Below, piece after piece: positions 61,282 through 64,000 of a stretch of DNA of 64,000 bases. Source of the DNA: Zoogloeaceae bacterium (lineage in GTDB: Bacteria > Pseudomonadota > Gammaproteobacteria > Burkholderiales > Rhodocyclaceae); the NCBI GenBank assembly GCA_031256795.1, contig JAIRPW010000013.1, forward strand, positions 21,039-85,038, written 5' to 3'. The notes under the pieces are model-generated. The model was not told where the DNA came from. It did not search any database and was given only the letters and a program-made list of their open reading frames with translations. The position numbers were made by a program, and so were the translations under genes. Position 1 is the first letter of the stretch. Every line of letters starts with the position of its first letter.

Positions 61282-61323
61282 CAAGAACCGCGGAAGATCG
61301 GCGCGCCTGCGGTCGGGTTTAGT

Positions 61324-62268
61324 TTAGAGTTCTTCGTCCAGGCCCAGGGCTTGTTGCTGGCGGGACATGAACTCCTGCATACTGTCTATTCCGCGCATTT
61401 GCAAAATGGTATTGCGCACCGCCGCTTCAATCAGCACGGCAAGGTTGCGTCCCGCTACTACGGGAATGACTACTTTGCGAATAGGCACTTCCAGAATTTC
61501 CTGCGTCTGCGCGTCCAGCGGCAGACGCGGCATATCAATGCTGCTGACAGGCTTTTGCAAGTAGACGATCAGCTTTAGTTTCATTTTTCGGCGCGAAGCC
61601 GTTTCGCCAAAAATGGAGCGAATATTGAGCAGACCCAGACCGCGCACTTCCAGGTAGTCTTGCAGCATTCCCGGACAGCGCCCCTCCAGGGTCGTCGGCG
61701 CGATTCGCGCGAATTCCACTACGTCATCGGCAATCAGGCCGTGTCCGCGCGAAATGAGTTCCAGCGCCAGTTCTGATTTCCCTACGCCGGAATCTCCGGT
61801 AATCAGCACGCCCATGCTGAGCACGTCCATAAACACCCCATGCACGGAAGTGCTATCCGCCAGACGCCGCGCCAGGTAAATCCGCAGAATGTCAATGACC
61901 GCCGCGCAGGCGCGCGCCGAAGTAAAAAGCGGCGTTTGTGTGCGCTCACAGATTTCACGCAGCGCATCCGGTACGGGCAACCCGTCGGAAACAATGAGCG
62001 CGGGCGGCAAAGCCGCGATCAAATCGCCAATTTGCTTGACAAACTGCGCGGGGGAAGCGCGTCCCAGCCAGGCGATTTCCGCGGGGCCAATGACCTGTAA
62101 GCGTTCAGGATGCACAAGGTTCATATGCCCGATGACGTCCGCGCCGTAATTGCCGCTTTCCTTCAGGCTCACGCGCCGCTTCACGCCGACGCCGACTTCC
62201 CAGGTCAGAGCCAGCCGATCGCGGTGATCCTCAAATAACTGGCTCAGGCTGATTTCCTGCTCGCTCAT
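61324..62268 (-). CDS. hprK: HPr kinase/phosphorylase
   Basis: HGVFMDV, GDSGVGKSE, ADD, EVRGLG, GRNLA. Confidence 0.95.
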   Translation of the reverse strand: MSEQEISLSQLFEDHRDRLALTWEVGVGVKRRVSLKESGNYGADVIGHMNLVHPERLQVIGPAEIAWLGRASPAQFVKQIGDLIAALPPALIVSDGLPVPDALREICERTQTPLFTSARACAAVIDILRIYLARRLADSTSVHGVFMDVLSMGVLITGDSGVGKSELALELISRGHGLIADDVVEFARIAPTTLEGRCPGMLQDYLEVRGLGLLNIRSIFGETASRRKMKLKLIVYLQKPVSSIDMPRLPLDAQTQEILEVPIRKVVIPVVAGRNLAVLIEAAVRNTILQMRGIDSMQEFMSRQQQALGLDEEL

Positions 62269-62286
62269 CGGATTTTCCCGCGCGTT

Positions 62287-62742
62287 TTACGCCGATACGT
62301 TCGCAAAAAGCGCCCGCGCGGCGGGAGCGTCCGGCGCGGAGGTCAAGTCTTCCCGAAACGCGCGCTCGGCAAAGCAAGTAGCCAGCGCGGCGAGTATCTG
62401 CAAGGACGTCTCGCTGTCCTGCTCCGACGCCAGAAGGACAAATACCAGAGATACCGGCTTTTTGTCCGGCGCGTCAAATTCAACCGGCGTGGCCAGACGG
62501 ACAAAAGCGCCCGCGGCTTCCCGCAAACCTTTAATGCGGCCATGCGGGATGGCGACGCCTTGACCGAGGCCGGTGCTTCCCAGCTGCTCCCGCGCCCAGA
62601 GGTTTTCAAAGATTTTTTGCGCGTCAAGGTTCAGTGTCTGCGCGAAAAGCCGCGCGGCCTCCTCCAGCAAGCGCTTTTTGCCGCTTACAGAGACGTCCAG
62701 AAGAACGCGCTCATCCGGAAGGATGTTTACGATCGGGTTCAT
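62287..62742 (-). CDS. ptsN: PTS IIA-Ntr protein
   Basis: REQLGSTGLGQGVAIPHGR, FDAPDKKPV. Confidence 0.93.
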   Translation of the reverse strand: MNPIVNILPDERVLLDVSVSGKKRLLEEAARLFAQTLNLDAQKIFENLWAREQLGSTGLGQGVAIPHGRIKGLREAAGAFVRLATPVEFDAPDKKPVSLVFVLLASEQDSETSLQILAALATCFAERAFREDLTSAPDAPAARALFANVSA

Positions 62743-62828
62743 GATAGAAAGGAAAAAAGAAGCGCCGCTTTTCAATCGCTGCCCGTCAAAAACGGCGGAC
62801 GGCAAAATAACGGCGCTTTTGGGAGAAT

Positions 62829-63152
62829 TTAGCCCGCGAGGTGTCCGGCGACTTTGTCTCCGCGGTGATGATCACTGATTTTCTGCTTGTGTTTTTGTAC
62901 CTGACGGTTCAGTTTGTCGCACATGCTGTCAATAGCGGCGTATAAGTCGCTATCTACGCTTTCCACAAAAATTTCCTTGCCGGGCACATGCACCGTCACT
63001 TCCGCTTTCTGCGCCAGCTTGTCGACAGAAAGGATGACGGTGATGCCAGTGACGCGCTCAAAATGATTGAGCACCGGCTCCAGCTTGCTTTCCACATAGT
63101 CGCGCAATGCCGCCGTCACTTCAATATGATGCCCGCTGATTTGCAGATTCAT
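62829..63152 (-). CDS. hpf: Ribosome hibernation promoting factor
   Basis: ISGHHIEVTAALRDYV, DLYAAID; follows rpoN. Confidence 0.93.
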   Translation of the reverse strand: MNLQISGHHIEVTAALRDYVESKLEPVLNHFERVTGITVILSVDKLAQKAEVTVHVPGKEIFVESVDSDLYAAIDSMCDKLNRQVQKHKQKISDHHRGDKVAGHLAG

Positions 63153-63177
63153 TTTTTTCTCCTGGGTTCAGGTTATT

Positions 63178-64000
63178 TTACAAGGTTCTTCGCTGACTGA
63201 CCGACGGGATCCCGCAGGCTTCCCGGTATTTTGCCACGGTACGTCGGGCAACTACGATTCCCTGTTGCCCTAGTATTTCGGATATTCGACCATCCGACAA
63301 GGGTTTTTTGCCATTCTCGCCGCCGACCATTTGTTTGATCAGGGCGCGAATCGCCGTGGCGGAACAGGCGCCGCCCGTATCTGTAGCGACATGGCTGCCA
63401 AAAAAATATTTCAACTCAAAAATGCCGCGCGGCGTCGACATATATTTTTGACTGGTCACGCGCGAAACCGTGGATTCATGCAGCTCCACCTCGTCCGCGA
63501 TTTCGCGCAAAACCAGCGGGCGCATTCCTACTTCGCCGTGTTCAAAGAATTGCTCTTGACGATCCACGATCGCCTGGGTTACGCGGCAAATTGTATCAAA
63601 GCGCTGCCGGACGTTTTTGATCAGCCAGCGCGCTTCCTGTAATTGCGCGGACAGCGCGCTTTCCCCCCGTCGCTGCCGCGTGAGAATATCCGCGTACAGC
63701 CGATTGACCCGCAGACGCGGAAAGGCGTCGGGATTGATTTGCGCCGCCCAGCGCCCGCGCGCCTTTCTGACCAGCACGTCGGGGATGATATAGCGCGTGT
63801 CCAGCGCGGCAAAACGCGCGCCGGGACGCGGCTCCAGGGAGACAATCAGCTGATGCGCCTCCCGGAAAAGCGCCTCGTCACAGGAAATTTGCTTGCGAAT
63901 TTTGCCAAAGTCCCGGCTTGCCAAAAGCTCCAGATGCCGGTCTATGATGCGCAGCGCCAGCGCGCGCACTTTGGCTTCCCGCGCGGCGTCGTTTCCCGCG
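63178..64000 (-). CDS. rpoN: RNA polymerase sigma-54 factor, 5' end outside the window
   Basis: [18 protein letters not shown] RpoN box. Confidence 0.96.
   Translation of the reverse strand, partial: AGNDAAREAKVRALALRIIDRHLELLASRDFGKIRKQISCDEALFREAHQLIVSLEPRPGARFAALDTRYIIPDVLVRKARGRWAAQINPDAFPRLRVNRLYADILTRQRRGESALSAQLQEARWLIKNVRQRFDTICRVTQAIVDRQEQFFEHGEVGMRPLVLREIADEVELHESTVSRVTSQKYMSTPRGIFELKYFFGSHVATDTGGACSATAIRALIKQMVGGENGKKPLSDGRISEILGQQGIVVARRTVAKYREACGIPSVSQRRTL

Overview
Chromosomal segment of a GC-rich (~55-60%) betaproteobacterium, probably Rhodocyclales-like (inferred from gatCAB/mreBCD-mrdA-rodA-rlpA, ribF-ileS-lspA-fkpB-ispH and rpoN-hpf-ptsN-hprK synteny). Most of the ~66 CDS are housekeeping. 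Main observations: (1) The resident tRNA-Ser(UGA) gene is split at its anticodon loop by a ~2.36-kb integrase-less cassette bounded by a 9-bp direct repeat. The cassette carries a complete, sequence-distinct replacement tRNA-Ser(UGA) and a type II R-M pair (beta-class amino-MTase + NotI-family endonuclease). (2) A candidate replication origin lies at ~40.9-41.2 kb (AT-rich, three DnaA boxes, GC-skew flip), with two parS sites at 23.7 kb and an AT-rich trough across the mre/mrd operon. (3) An eight-gene uncharacterised pathway (HAD phosphatase, class III aminotransferase, esterase, two SMR/ArnEF-like proteins, DegT aminotransferase, FemAB-like transferase, arginase-fold hydrolase) sits upstream of hldD. 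(4) A low-GC Eco29kI-type R-M system is fused to the end of the gat operon. Several proteins look degenerate (Hsp33 without its Zn cysteines, a transglutaminase-like protein without its catalytic Cys/His). All family assignments come from motif recognition by eye; no searches were run. Many starts were refined by hand from the ORF track.
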